This document shows positions 10,654-20,344 of a DNA stretch of 64,000 bases, piece by piece. The DNA is from a virus, in IMG/VR virus record IMGVR_UViG_3300028706_000553, one strand, 5' to 3'. A model generated the notes under the pieces. That model worked only from the letters and a program-made list of their open reading frames with translations. It did not search any database and had not been told where the DNA came from. Both the position numbers and the translations under genes were made by a program. Positions within the stretch are counted from its first letter, which is position 1, and each line of letters opens with the position of its first letter.

Positions 10654-12178
10654 TGTAGCGTTATCAGATACGTTTGATTTATGGAGAACACGTACAAATC
10701 AACTATTGATGTACACTCAAACACAGGGTGGAAAAGACGTATTACACATTTCTAATACTACCAATTCAACATCTAATACAACAGGTGCAATTACTTCAAA
10801 TGGTGGTATAGGAATTAAGTCGTCAGCAGTCATCGGTGGTGATTTACTCACACATTCAGGCTTAACTGTAACAAAAGTTTCAAGTTTACAAGGTAATACC
10901 GATATTGGTGACACGAACGCAGATACTTTAACAATTACTGCGAGAATTGATTCTGATACGATACCTTATACCGATGCCGATAAGAATTTCGGTAATAGTA
11001 CATGGAGATGGGGAACAGTACACGTTAGTGGTATTGTAGGTTCAAACTCGTCTGCCTCTATATTAATTCCAACAGGCACTTCCGCTGAAAGAGCAGGTAC
11101 TACAGGTGCAATTAGATGGAATACAACACTAGAAAGATTCGAAGGTAATACAGGAACATTATTTTATCCATTCGGAGGAAATCCTGAAGATCAAGATGGT
11201 GATACACAAATTACTACAGACAACGCAAGTGACGAAGATATAATTAGATTCTTTACTGGTAATTCTTCAACGCAATCAACCGAACGAATGAATCTAGGTA
11301 CATCAGGTAACCTAGCAATCGGAACTGGCTCAACTCTTGGTGATGCGATGTTACACGTTGAGGGTACAGCTAACGTCACCGGCACCGTAAACTTCACAAA
11401 TAGGACTAATTTAAAGGGTAATACGCACGTTACAGGAGGAGCCTGGGCAAACGTTTCTGTATCTGATTATGTTAACTTTGCAACAGAATCTATGACGTTA
11501 GATTCTAATACAGTAATTGTAACCGGTAATTTAGTTGTTCAAGGAACCAGAACATATAACGATACTACTATTATGGTTTCCGAAGATAAAACAATGGTCT
11601 TTGGATTAGCAAGTAATATCTATAGTCAATCAGATGCTAGTTCTGGAACAGTTACCTCCCAGAGAAATAATTCAACTGAGACACACGGATTATCGGTCAC
11701 TGATAAAGTCTTTATTACTGATGCTGGAACTTCTGGTTTAACAGCAGAAGCAATATATACAGTTGCTACAGTACCGACAACCACTACATTTACGTTAACA
11801 GGTTATTCAGGGTCCGGATCGTTTGATTTCGCGAAATGTCATACAGATGCTTCAGCAACCGGCGGTGGTATGATAATACCTGGTGCCACTGTACACAGTG
11901 TATTATATAATAGTACAGTTGGAGGATGGGTTGTTTCTGATGGATTAAAGAGTAACGGCGCTGCCCATTTTACAAGTACAATAAATATGGATGGTGATTT
12001 AGATATCGATGCCGCAGTTGTCCATGATGGGGCTTTCACCCATGATGGGGCATTCAAAACAACAGCAGGTGGAACCGCTGCCGCTAATTATATTTTAAAA
12101 AGTGGAGGCGCAACCGGAGAAAGTTCATGGGTAGCTTTTGGGATATATGATTCATCCGGAACGAGACTTGGACCATAA
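10643..12178 (+). CDS. Tail fibre / baseplate-fibre connector protein
   Basis: N-terminal SDTFDLWRTRTN motif; PTGTSAER...GAIRWNTTLERFEG fibre repeat; Gly/Thr/Ser-rich beta-type composition. Confidence 0.7.
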   Translation: MAANVALSDTFDLWRTRTNQLLMYTQTQGGKDVLHISNTTNSTSNTTGAITSNGGIGIKSSAVIGGDLLTHSGLTVTKVSSLQGNTDIGDTNADTLTITARIDSDTIPYTDADKNFGNSTWRWGTVHVSGIVGSNSSASILIPTGTSAERAGTTGAIRWNTTLERFEGNTGTLFYPFGGNPEDQDGDTQITTDNASDEDIIRFFTGNSSTQSTERMNLGTSGNLAIGTGSTLGDAMLHVEGTANVTGTVNFTNRTNLKGNTHVTGGAWANVSVSDYVNFATESMTLDSNTVIVTGNLVVQGTRTYNDTTIMVSEDKTMVFGLASNIYSQSDASSGTVTSQRNNSTETHGLSVTDKVFITDAGTSGLTAEAIYTVATVPTTTTFTLTGYSGSGSFDFAKCHTDASATGGGMIIPGATVHSVLYNSTVGGWVVSDGLKSNGAAHFTSTINMDGDLDIDAAVVHDGAFTHDGAFKTTAGGTAAANYILKSGGATGESSWVAFGIYDSSGTRLGP

Positions 12179-12198
12179 TATAAAGACGATGAAAACAA

Positions 12199-13668
12199 AT
12201 GGCATCACCGTTAAAGGTTATAAATTCTGGATCGGATCTTCAACAAATGACCGATGCAGAAATAGACAATATGATAGTTCCTCTTGTTTTGCAGGAGTTC
12301 GCCTCTAATCAAACATACAATGTTCGAGGTAACGTAACTGCATATGCAAACAACTCTGGGAACGCCGGCGGATTTGATAATAGACTCCGAAATGATGATG
12401 TAGGAGATCATCCTATTTCAGCTGGCAATTTCACTACAACTTCCTGGTCTATTCAACAAGAGCAGTCCAACGCTGCTGGAACTACAAATGTAATTTATCC
12501 CACTAAGTGGGTTACATCTGGTGGTAAGTTGCAGCGAATGACTACTGCTGAATTACAAACTACTATTTTAGCTAGAGTTGCTAATCATTGGAAAACAACT
12601 ACCTATCCCGTTGGTGGTTATTATTTTGGTACTGCTGCACCCGATGCAGATACATGGATTTATTGTGGTGATGTTCTAACAGAAACTTATAGACAAACCG
12701 GTACAGATAGTTCAACTGATTTTAAGTTATGGAGAAAAACAGGGCCAACCTCCACTTCTGGTTCAAGACCTGTTTATAATAGAACAGGTAATGATGGCGT
12801 CCAGGAATTGTCCGATAATGATATGAAATCGTTAGCGGCAGAATGGAGAAACTATCTATTTAATGTTGAATCTATTGGTCATTATGAAATGGTTTCCGGT
12901 TCATCAGCACCAGGAACAGGTACTTGGACACAAGTAGGAAGTTATGTAGATTATTTAACGGATACAGGTAATGTAATATATTCTCAAGGATACGAAGGAA
13001 TATATTCAGCTGGTTATGAAGGAATATATTCTAATCAATATGAGGGATTGTATTCCGGACAATTTACAGGAATGTATTCAGGACAATTTACTGGTATATA
13101 TTCAGGGCAGTTTGCAGGTATATATTCGCGAGGTTATGAAGGATTCTATTCACAAGGATATTCCGGTGGTTATGGAGGTGGTTACCAGGGACCATATGTA
13201 GGTTCTTATCGATCAGGATTTATGGGTGATTATCGTGGTGACTATGAAGGAAGTTATATAATGACCTATGGATCAGGTAGTGAAGAAGGATTAAACCCTA
13301 GAGCTTCATCTGAAGGTCCTGCATATACTGGCACATATTCAGGTACATTTTCAGGAATTTATTCCGGTACATTTTCAGGAATTTATTCTGGGGTATATTC
13401 AGGAATTTATTCAGGACAATATTCAAATCAATATGCCGGCTTTTTTTCAAATCAATATGAAGGCATTTATTCACAAGGTTACCAAGGAATATATTCTGGA
13501 GGATTTGAAGGCATTTATTCATCAGGTTTTGAAGGTTTTTATAGTATGTTTTATGTTGGAATTTATAGTAATCAATATACTGGAATTTATAGTAATCAAT
13601 ATACAGGTTTAACAGTGCTATCATCATTAGGTTCTGCAACGTACACATTTTGGAAGAGGGTTGCGTAA
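12199..13668 (+). CDS. Virion fibre-like protein with Tyr/Gly/Ser tetrad repeats (paralog 1)
   Basis: The C-terminal ~211 aa consist of (Y/F)xxx tetrads around a central NPRASSEGP loop; ends YTFWKRVA; lies in the structural cluster. Confidence 0.7.
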   Translation: MASPLKVINSGSDLQQMTDAEIDNMIVPLVLQEFASNQTYNVRGNVTAYANNSGNAGGFDNRLRNDDVGDHPISAGNFTTTSWSIQQEQSNAAGTTNVIYPTKWVTSGGKLQRMTTAELQTTILARVANHWKTTTYPVGGYYFGTAAPDADTWIYCGDVLTETYRQTGTDSSTDFKLWRKTGPTSTSGSRPVYNRTGNDGVQELSDNDMKSLAAEWRNYLFNVESIGHYEMVSGSSAPGTGTWTQVGSYVDYLTDTGNVIYSQGYEGIYSAGYEGIYSNQYEGLYSGQFTGMYSGQFTGIYSGQFAGIYSRGYEGFYSQGYSGGYGGGYQGPYVGSYRSGFMGDYRGDYEGSYIMTYGSGSEEGLNPRASSEGPAYTGTYSGTFSGIYSGTFSGIYSGVYSGIYSGQYSNQYAGFFSNQYEGIYSQGYQGIYSGGFEGIYSSGFEGFYSMFYVGIYSNQYTGIYSNQYTGLTVLSSLGSATYTFWKRVA

Positions 13669-15503
13669 TGGCTACTGACGGAAGGGTAATGAGAATCTAT
13701 CCACTGGGTAGTAACACAGAATTAGCCGCAACAGAAAGTGGAAAATTATATATAGGGTCAGTAACTGAAACCGGTTCCGGAGCTTCTGCTAATATTGGTA
13801 AAATTACAACTATTACATCTACACCGGGAGCTGGAGTATATGATAATGTATTTTCAGCCGGCGATTATCTTGTTATTAGACATCAACAATATGGAATGTT
13901 AGGTGTTGGTCAATGGATTAAAGTTCAATCTGTTTCAAGTACGGGAGCCAGTACAGAATTAACTTTAGAAGATGGTACTGCAGAATTTTACAAATATTTA
14001 AATTCATCCGGAGCAAGTTATACAGGACAAACTAGCGTAGGTATTACATTTGAAAAGGTAATGGGTTGGGGTATTAGACAAATGACCAACGACCAAATTG
14101 ATGATTCCATAGTTCCAGAAGTTTTTAATAGATGGGGATCCTATACAAAAGGAACTGCAACACATGATGATTGGAAAAGTCATATAAGACCTTTAGCTGG
14201 TACTTCTAATACATCTGGTTATGATTTATGTGGAACTGTTGGTGAAAGATATAGAAGCCCAGATGTTGTAGGCGATCATCCAGTAGCAAATAATGTAACT
14301 ATAACTAATTATTCATTAGAACAATGTGTTGGAACAAAGCCTTTTAACGGCGCATCAAATGCAACACATGTTGATGATTTAGATAGCACTGTAGAATTTT
14401 TAGGTGCTAATACAGGTGGATCTCACGGCGATAAAGTATACGAAATGTCAGACGCAGACATTGCGGCCGGCCCTGTTATTGCTAGGTGTAATGCATATTT
14501 TACTTCAGCATCAAATACTGTTGGTTCTTATCATATTGGAACTGCTGTGGGAGATTCAGATACTGGTTCTTGGCATGATGAAACATGGTATACAGATACA
14601 GTAATAACATCGTCAGGTTCAGCAAACGTTGCATATCATCTTTATAGAAAAGAATCAGGAGCGGTTAGAGGATGGTCAACTTCAAGATCTTTATCAAATG
14701 CTAATACAGAAGCAAGAGCCTCAAATTCTGTTACACATTGGACTGGTGCTAATGCTGACTATATTGCTGTAGGAAATTATCCACGTGCAGCAACGGATGA
14801 GGTAATATACTTACCAATTTATAATCAAGGTAATAATCAAGCTAAAGAATCAAATACTGTTCAAGCCTATGGACATTCTGCAACTTTACAAAATACTGCA
14901 GATGATGCTGGTATACATTTGCATTGGATTAAACATTTATTGATATCAAATGCTGGTGAATATAGTTTAGTAACAGGTAATACAGCTCCTGGAATTGGTA
15001 CATGGTCATTTTGTGGTAATGTATATGATAAAGTTACAACAGTTGGGGATGTAATATATTCTCAAGGATATGAAGGAATTTATTCTGCAGCATATGAAGG
15101 CATTTATTCATTAGGATATGAAGGCATTTATTCATCCGGATTTCAAGGTGGATATGCTGGTGGATATGCTGGTGGATATGCTGGTGGATATGCTGGTGGT
15201 TACGCCGGTGGATACACTCAAACTTATGGATCTATGGCTGAGTCTCCAAACCCACGGACTTCCTCAGAAGGTCCTACATACTCTGGAACTTATTCAGGCA
15301 CTTATTCTGGAACGTATTCAGGCACTTATTCTGGAACGTATTCAGGCATATTTTCGGCTGGCTTTATTGGAATTTATAGTAATCAATATGGTGGAATATA
15401 TTCTGGACAATATGCTGGATTCTATAGTAATCAATATACTGGAGTAACGGTATTTTCTACTTTAGAAACACAAAATTATAGTCTTTGGAAAAGACACGCC
15501 TAA
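13668..15503 (+). CDS. Virion fibre-like protein with Tyr/Gly/Ser tetrad repeats (paralog 2)
   Basis: Likely start is the ATG at 13668 (TAATG coupling to the upstream stop). Shares QMT..ID..IV, GDHP, APG.GTW, NPR.SSEGP and WKR.A motifs with paralog 1. Confidence 0.7.
   Translation: MATDGRVMRIYPLGSNTELAATESGKLYIGSVTETGSGASANIGKITTITSTPGAGVYDNVFSAGDYLVIRHQQYGMLGVGQWIKVQSVSSTGASTELTLEDGTAEFYKYLNSSGASYTGQTSVGITFEKVMGWGIRQMTNDQIDDSIVPEVFNRWGSYTKGTATHDDWKSHIRPLAGTSNTSGYDLCGTVGERYRSPDVVGDHPVANNVTITNYSLEQCVGTKPFNGASNATHVDDLDSTVEFLGANTGGSHGDKVYEMSDADIAAGPVIARCNAYFTSASNTVGSYHIGTAVGDSDTGSWHDETWYTDTVITSSGSANVAYHLYRKESGAVRGWSTSRSLSNANTEARASNSVTHWTGANADYIAVGNYPRAATDEVIYLPIYNQGNNQAKESNTVQAYGHSATLQNTADDAGIHLHWIKHLLISNAGEYSLVTGNTAPGIGTWSFCGNVYDKVTTVGDVIYSQGYEGIYSAAYEGIYSLGYEGIYSSGFQGGYAGGYAGGYAGGYAGGYAGGYTQTYGSMAESPNPRTSSEGPTYSGTYSGTYSGTYSGTYSGTYSGIFSAGFIGIYSNQYGGIYSGQYAGFYSNQYTGVTVFSTLETQNYSLWKRHA
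15147..15194 (+). repeat. Four perfect tandem copies of GGTGGATATGCT encoding (GGYA)n
   Basis: Units start at 15147, 15159, 15171 and 15183, followed by degenerate copies. Confidence 0.9.
15291..15348 (+). repeat. Tandem 24-nt repeat TATTCAGGCACTTATTCTGGAACG (2.4 copies) encoding (YSGT)n
   Basis: Units at 15291 and 15315, with a partial copy at 15339. Confidence 0.85.
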
Positions 15504-15535
15504 ATATAACTAATAACATATTATGAAGAGGAATT

Positions 15536-16117
15536 ATGGCAGAAACTGCAGAAGTCGCTGAATCCACCGAGTGGAGTCACGATACAATGATTGAAGGACT
15601 ATGGCGCTCTGGTGATAAACAAGAAGTTTCCATTTTATATGAACGAGAAGATAAATCTCGATATTCCGGACAAGCAGAAGAAGGAACAAAAGAATGGAAA
15701 GATTTCTTTTTTAAATTCACTACCGAACAAGTAGACTCTTTTACAGATGCACATCGTGCTCAAAGAGAAGCCCACGGGCCAAGGCCTGATCATCAAAAAC
15801 AAATTCAAAAAAGAGAAGACAAACAAGCAGTTGAAAGGAAAAAAGCAGCTGATGAATTAGAATCTCTTTTTCGTGCAAAATTAGAAGCTTTTGAAATACC
15901 AGAAGTTAGAGACAGTGAAAATCGAGATTTAAGATCTCGTATTAGAAAATCTAAATCATTAACAGAAATTTCTGCGTTAGTTGCTTCACTCATTACTCTA
16001 TCTATTATCAGGGTAACCTTAAAAGCAGAAGACCTTTTAGATGAAACACCAGAAGTAAAAGAAACTTCTGGAACAATTGAAGAAGTTGCTAATGAGGTTC
16101 CTAAGGATGAGAACTGA
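15536..16117 (+). CDS. Hypothetical charged protein
   Basis: 193 aa with an SD-like GAGGA; C-terminal LFRAKLEAFEIPEVRDS...RIRKSK motif; function unknown. Confidence 0.6.
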   Translation: MAETAEVAESTEWSHDTMIEGLWRSGDKQEVSILYEREDKSRYSGQAEEGTKEWKDFFFKFTTEQVDSFTDAHRAQREAHGPRPDHQKQIQKREDKQAVERKKAADELESLFRAKLEAFEIPEVRDSENRDLRSRIRKSKSLTEISALVASLITLSIIRVTLKAEDLLDETPEVKETSGTIEEVANEVPKDEN

Positions 16118-16910
16118 TGAAGGTTTTTTATTAGTAGCTACTAACCATAAACCGTATCACACTGCTGCACAACAGTTAGCTGATAGTTTAAAAGAATTTG
16201 CACCTGAACATCCGGTAATACTTTTCACAGAAGATAAATGGGTAGATTGTCCTGGAAATCATATTTTTGATGAAGTCCATGGAGGTATGCCTAGTTCTAA
16301 TCGCGCTAAATTACTAGCATTAAAAGATACTCCTTTCGATATTACATGTTATTTAGATTCTGATATGGTATGTGTTCATCCGGATGCACCTTTAATTTTT
16401 AAAGGTTTAAAAGATGGATATGATATGGCGTGGACTAAAATTAGAACATATGCCGCAGCTATGGTTTGGTGGGATAAAAAACAATTAAAAGTCCCACATG
16501 GTGGAATGTGCTTATATAGAAAATCAGATAAAATGATTTCTTTTATGGAACAATGGTGGGAAAATTGGTGTTGGAAAAAGAATCAAGTAGCAGAATGGGA
16601 CGAAAGATGGAATGGCAAATATCCTTATTGGGAAACCAGAGGATGGGATCAGTTTCCTTTACATTTAATGATGGGCGCTATTAGACAAGATGATCCATGG
16701 TATAGACCTGATATAAAATGGCATTGGGTTTATGGCGGCGATCCACCCTGTACACCTGAAACAGATGATTGGAATGATGGAAGTGATTCAAGGTGGAATT
16801 GGATTATTGGATACCATCATGATAGGGAAAATATGAAACCAGAAGATATAGTATTTCGCGATTATTCGTGTTTATTATTTAAAAGTCAATATCAAAATGG
16901 AAGAGTATGA
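16107..16910 (+). CDS. Glycosyltransferase, GT-A fold (GT8/nucleotide-diphosphosugar transferase-like)
   Basis: DxD motif in YLDSDMV; HGGMCLY and WDQ motifs. Start placed at ATG 16107 (GAGG upstream); the ORF track start is 16077. Confidence 0.65.
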   Translation: MRTDEGFLLVATNHKPYHTAAQQLADSLKEFAPEHPVILFTEDKWVDCPGNHIFDEVHGGMPSSNRAKLLALKDTPFDITCYLDSDMVCVHPDAPLIFKGLKDGYDMAWTKIRTYAAAMVWWDKKQLKVPHGGMCLYRKSDKMISFMEQWWENWCWKKNQVAEWDERWNGKYPYWETRGWDQFPLHLMMGAIRQDDPWYRPDIKWHWVYGGDPPCTPETDDWNDGSDSRWNWIIGYHHDRENMKPEDIVFRDYSCLLFKSQYQNGRV

Positions 16911-17707
16911 AACATACAGAACATATTACTAATTTTTGTAATGATCCAGATATTTTAAATATTTTAGAAGAACTTGGTGAATATTTAGACGGTTTAGATT
17001 TAGATGCAATGAAACTTCGACCAGGGCGTCAAAATAAACCTGAAATGAATGCTGTCATTTCAGATAATTATTTAAGTACATTTAGAAAAACAGTTAGGCC
17101 AGGACCTCCTTGGCATCAAAAAATAGTAGATCTTCTATTAGATTTAAAACAAAGAAAACGTAATACAAAAGTAGCAGACCTGGCAACTGCTTTAGGAAAA
17201 AGAATAGGAGCAAGAAAACAGGCTCTCAGTGCAATATATCCTCCAGGTGGCTATGTTGGGTGGCATACTAATGCAGATGTTCCGGGTAGAAATTTATTAT
17301 TTACTTGGTCTCAAAAAGGTGAAGGTGTTTTAAGATATAAGAATCATACAAAAGGATTCTCTTTTGATATACCTGATCACAAAGGTTGGAATATAAAATC
17401 ATTTGATTGGTTTAGTCATGGTCAATCTGAAAAGGAAGGATATACATGGCATGCTGCAGGATCAAATTGTTTAAGAGCAACCCTTGCTTTTGTTATTCAT
17501 AATAATCCAATGTCCAACGAAATGTTAGAGGATGACTTCAATTTAACATCTTGGAGTCCGGGTTGCTTTATAAGTGATACTGATTTAAAATATGAATCTA
17601 AGTGGTGGGAGAATACTAAAGATAGTATTATCAATTATGAATTAAGTGATGAATTAATAAGTGAACTTGAAACAAGCCCTTCAGGTGTAAAATATGGTCC
17701 TCGATAA
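16907..17707 (+). CDS. 2OG-Fe(II) oxygenase-like / cupin protein
   Basis: YPPGGYVGWHTN (H-x-N), distal WHAAG and RATLAF match the double-stranded beta-helix pattern. Confidence 0.6.
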   Translation: MKHTEHITNFCNDPDILNILEELGEYLDGLDLDAMKLRPGRQNKPEMNAVISDNYLSTFRKTVRPGPPWHQKIVDLLLDLKQRKRNTKVADLATALGKRIGARKQALSAIYPPGGYVGWHTNADVPGRNLLFTWSQKGEGVLRYKNHTKGFSFDIPDHKGWNIKSFDWFSHGQSEKEGYTWHAAGSNCLRATLAFVIHNNPMSNEMLEDDFNLTSWSPGCFISDTDLKYESKWWENTKDSIINYELSDELISELETSPSGVKYGPR

Positions 17708-18281
17708 GAAATCCCCTTATATAAGAATTCAAAGTGGATGGTTTAAAAAGAATAAAGATAAGATTATTAAAGAATTTGAACCTTTAGTTGAAGAAGGAAC
17801 GACTGTAGGTGGAAATAAAAACGAAAAAAGAAAATCAGATGTTCATCTTTTTGATATTTGGAGATTAGAATTAACTGATTTTAAAAAAGTTATTATTTTT
17901 AAAGTTAAAGAGATATTTACTACAGAAAATAAAAATTATGGATTTGATTTAGATTATTCTACTGTAAATATTCAATTTACTAGATATCAAAAAGATGATT
18001 TTTATGAATGGCATGCAGATGATGATTTACTGAATACACATATAAAAACACATAGTATAAGAAAATTAAGTATGGCAATGCCTTTAAATATTGGTGAATT
18101 TGAAGGTGGTGAATTTGAAATTAAATTATCCCCAAGTGAAAATGCAAAAACAAGAAAAATACCTATAGAGCCTGGAAATATAATAGTATTTCCTAGTTTC
18201 TTAGAGCATAGAGTCCTCCCAATAACCTCAAATACACGTTATTCTTTAGTGGCGTGGATCTCAGGACCTCCATGGAGATAA
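17694..18281 (+). CDS. 2OG-Fe(II) oxygenase (PKHD/prolyl-hydroxylase-like)
   Basis: YEWHADD (HxD), RKLSM, FEGGEF, FPSFLEHRVLPIT, RYSLVAW. Confidence 0.9.
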   Translation: MVLDKKSPYIRIQSGWFKKNKDKIIKEFEPLVEEGTTVGGNKNEKRKSDVHLFDIWRLELTDFKKVIIFKVKEIFTTENKNYGFDLDYSTVNIQFTRYQKDDFYEWHADDDLLNTHIKTHSIRKLSMAMPLNIGEFEGGEFEIKLSPSENAKTRKIPIEPGNIIVFPSFLEHRVLPITSNTRYSLVAWISGPPWR

Positions 18282-18284
18282 ATA
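18277..18284 (+). promoter_or_regulatory. Late promoter variant GATAAATA upstream of gp13
   Basis: NATAAATA about 40 nt upstream of the gp13 ATG. Confidence 0.5.
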
Positions 18285-18324
18285 CAATATATGTAGACAG
18301 AAAATGTATTGTAGGATATGAACC

Positions 18325-19068
18325 ATGGCAAAACCGCAAACTCGCGAACAATTAAAACAATACTGCCTCAGAAGTTTAGGTCACCCAGTTATAGAAGTTA
18401 ATGTTGATGACGATCAATTAGAAGATCGCATTGACGAAGCTTTACAAGTCTGGAATGACTATCATTATGATGGGTCGGAAAAAATTTATTTAAAACATCA
18501 AGTTACATCAGATGATATTACTAACGAATATATTACCGTTGGGGAATCAACTATAAGTATAATCAAAGTACATCCTATTGATTCAACAACAGGAAACATT
18601 AATATGTTTGATGTGAGATATCAATTAAGATTAAATGATATATTTGATTTGAGTAAACAGCAGCTTTCAGGATATACTATGGCTATGCAACACTTGAGTT
18701 TAATAGAAAATTTATTTAATCAATCTCCTTCTTTCAGATTTAATAGACATACAGATAAAGTTTATCTTGATGTTGATTGGGATAAAGAATTGGTTGTTGG
18801 AAAATACTTATTATTTGAATGTTATAAATCCGTAGACCCAGAAGAATTGACCGATGCATATAATGATCTTTGGCTAAAAAAATATATATCTTCATTATTT
18901 AAAAGACAATGGGGATCTAATCTATTAAAATATGAAGGTATGCAATTACCCGGTGGCACTACATTAAATGGTAGACAAATTTTTGATGATGCAACAACTG
19001 AATTACAAATGTTGGATGATGAAATCTTTACGAAGTATCAATTACCTGACGACTTTATGGTAGGATAA
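18325..19068 (+). CDS. gp13: Neck protein gp13
   Basis: MAKPQTREQLKQYCLRSLGHPVIEVNVDDDQLEDRIDEAL; KRQWGSNLLKYEGMQLPGG. Confidence 0.92.
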   Translation: MAKPQTREQLKQYCLRSLGHPVIEVNVDDDQLEDRIDEALQVWNDYHYDGSEKIYLKHQVTSDDITNEYITVGESTISIIKVHPIDSTTGNINMFDVRYQLRLNDIFDLSKQQLSGYTMAMQHLSLIENLFNQSPSFRFNRHTDKVYLDVDWDKELVVGKYLLFECYKSVDPEELTDAYNDLWLKKYISSLFKRQWGSNLLKYEGMQLPGGTTLNGRQIFDDATTELQMLDDEIFTKYQLPDDFMVG

Positions 19069-19069
19069 A

Positions 19070-19315
19070 ATGAAAAAATTTAAAACTTTTATAGAAAAAC
19101 CTGAATTCTGTAATGTGCCCGGCGGAGTTAAAAGTCCAGCTCTTGCAGCGAAGTGTGCGGAACCAGAAAAGAAAAAACCGGCACCTCAACAAGCTGATAT
19201 TAGATCAAAAGCTTTGAAGGATAAAAAAGATAAGTGGAAAAAATTAGGTTTATCTACTCAAGAACAAGCTGAATTAATTGCAAAATATACCAAACATTCG
19301 GAAATTGCTGGATGA
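19070..19315 (+). CDS. Small basic protein, possible internal head protein
   Basis: N-terminus MKKFKTFIE resembles the T4 capsid-targeting sequence; Lys-rich. Confidence 0.5.
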   Translation: MKKFKTFIEKPEFCNVPGGVKSPALAAKCAEPEKKKPAPQQADIRSKALKDKKDKWKKLGLSTQEQAELIAKYTKHSEIAG

Positions 19316-19515
19316 AAACGTTTCAAGAATATATTGATGAAGATATCAATTTGCCCATAGAAGTTGGAGATATTGTTCTCGGTGGGAAATTTAAAAATAG
19401 AAGAATAGAAGTAAAAGATATCGGAAAAAATGAAAAGGGTGATATTACTATTAATGGAAAATCAATTCTCAGGATCAGAATAACAGACGAAAAGGCTGAC
19501 GATGCCGACGAGTAA
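19312..19515 (+). CDS. Small protein with capsid-targeting-like N-terminus
   Basis: MKTFQEYIDE compared with T4 IPII/IPIII MKTYQEFIAE. Confidence 0.55.
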   Translation: MKTFQEYIDEDINLPIEVGDIVLGGKFKNRRIEVKDIGKNEKGDITINGKSILRIRITDEKADDADE

Positions 19516-20344
19516 TTATTTTCAAAAATTTGATCATAATAATGAACAAAATCTTCTTCAAGATTTAATGGTGGAGTCTATTCAAATTTTTGGACATGAT
19601 GTATCTTATTTGCCCAGAACAAAAAATAACGTAGATAACATATATGGTGAAGATCCAACTTCATCTTTTGAATCAGCTTATCCTATAGAAATGTATATTA
19701 AGAATACTGATGGATTTGAAGGCGAAGGTGCATTTGTTGGTAGATTTGGATTAGAAATCAGAGAACAAATAACATTTACTGTTGCAAGACGTACTTGGGA
19801 TGGACAAGGAATATCTGATAGACCTTTAGAAGGCGATTTAATTTGGATGCCTCTAACAAGTAAGTTATTTGAAATACAATTTGTTGAGCACCAGGCTGTC
19901 TTTTATCAAATGGGAAAACTTCCTGTTTATGATTTATCTTGTGAATTGTTTGAGTATAGTGATGAAGATATTGATACAGGTATAGCAGCAATAGATAAAG
20001 TAGAAGTTGAAAATGCTTATTCAGTAGAATATGTATATTCCGCTAATTCGGGTGTTTTTACAACTGATGAAACTGTTACAGGAACTCTTTCAGGAGCAAC
20101 GGCAGTAGTATTACAAACATCAACTTCAGGTTCAGATAGTATTATAAGGTTAACAAATATTGTTGGTACTTTTAGTGCAACGGAACAAATTACAGGTGGC
20201 ACTTCAGGCACGACAGCTAATTTAGGTGCAACTGCAACGGAGTTTGCAGGTGACAGTACTGCTAATAATAAAACAATACAGACGACAGCAGATGGCATTA
20301 TAGATTTTAGTGAAGGAAATCCATTTAGTGAAGGAAGTTTTTAA
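19502..20344 (+). CDS. gp14: Neck protein gp14
   Basis: EQNLLQDLMVESIQIFGHDVSYLPR; FGLEIREQITFTVARR; EGDLIW; FYQMGK; C-terminus DFSEGNPF. Confidence 0.92.
   Translation: MPTSNYFQKFDHNNEQNLLQDLMVESIQIFGHDVSYLPRTKNNVDNIYGEDPTSSFESAYPIEMYIKNTDGFEGEGAFVGRFGLEIREQITFTVARRTWDGQGISDRPLEGDLIWMPLTSKLFEIQFVEHQAVFYQMGKLPVYDLSCELFEYSDEDIDTGIAAIDKVEVENAYSVEYVYSANSGVFTTDETVTGTLSGATAVVLQTSTSGSDSIIRLTNIVGTFSATEQITGGTSGTTANLGATATEFAGDSTANNKTIQTTADGIIDFSEGNPFSEGSF

Noticed and set aside
13650-13667. ORF-track start at 13650 for repeat paralog 2
   Set aside because: The ATG at 13668 overlapping the upstream TAA is the more plausible coupled start.
12979-15446. Repeat regions as possible CRISPR arrays
   Set aside because: The repeats are in-frame, codon-degenerate and lack unique spacers; no cas genes are present.
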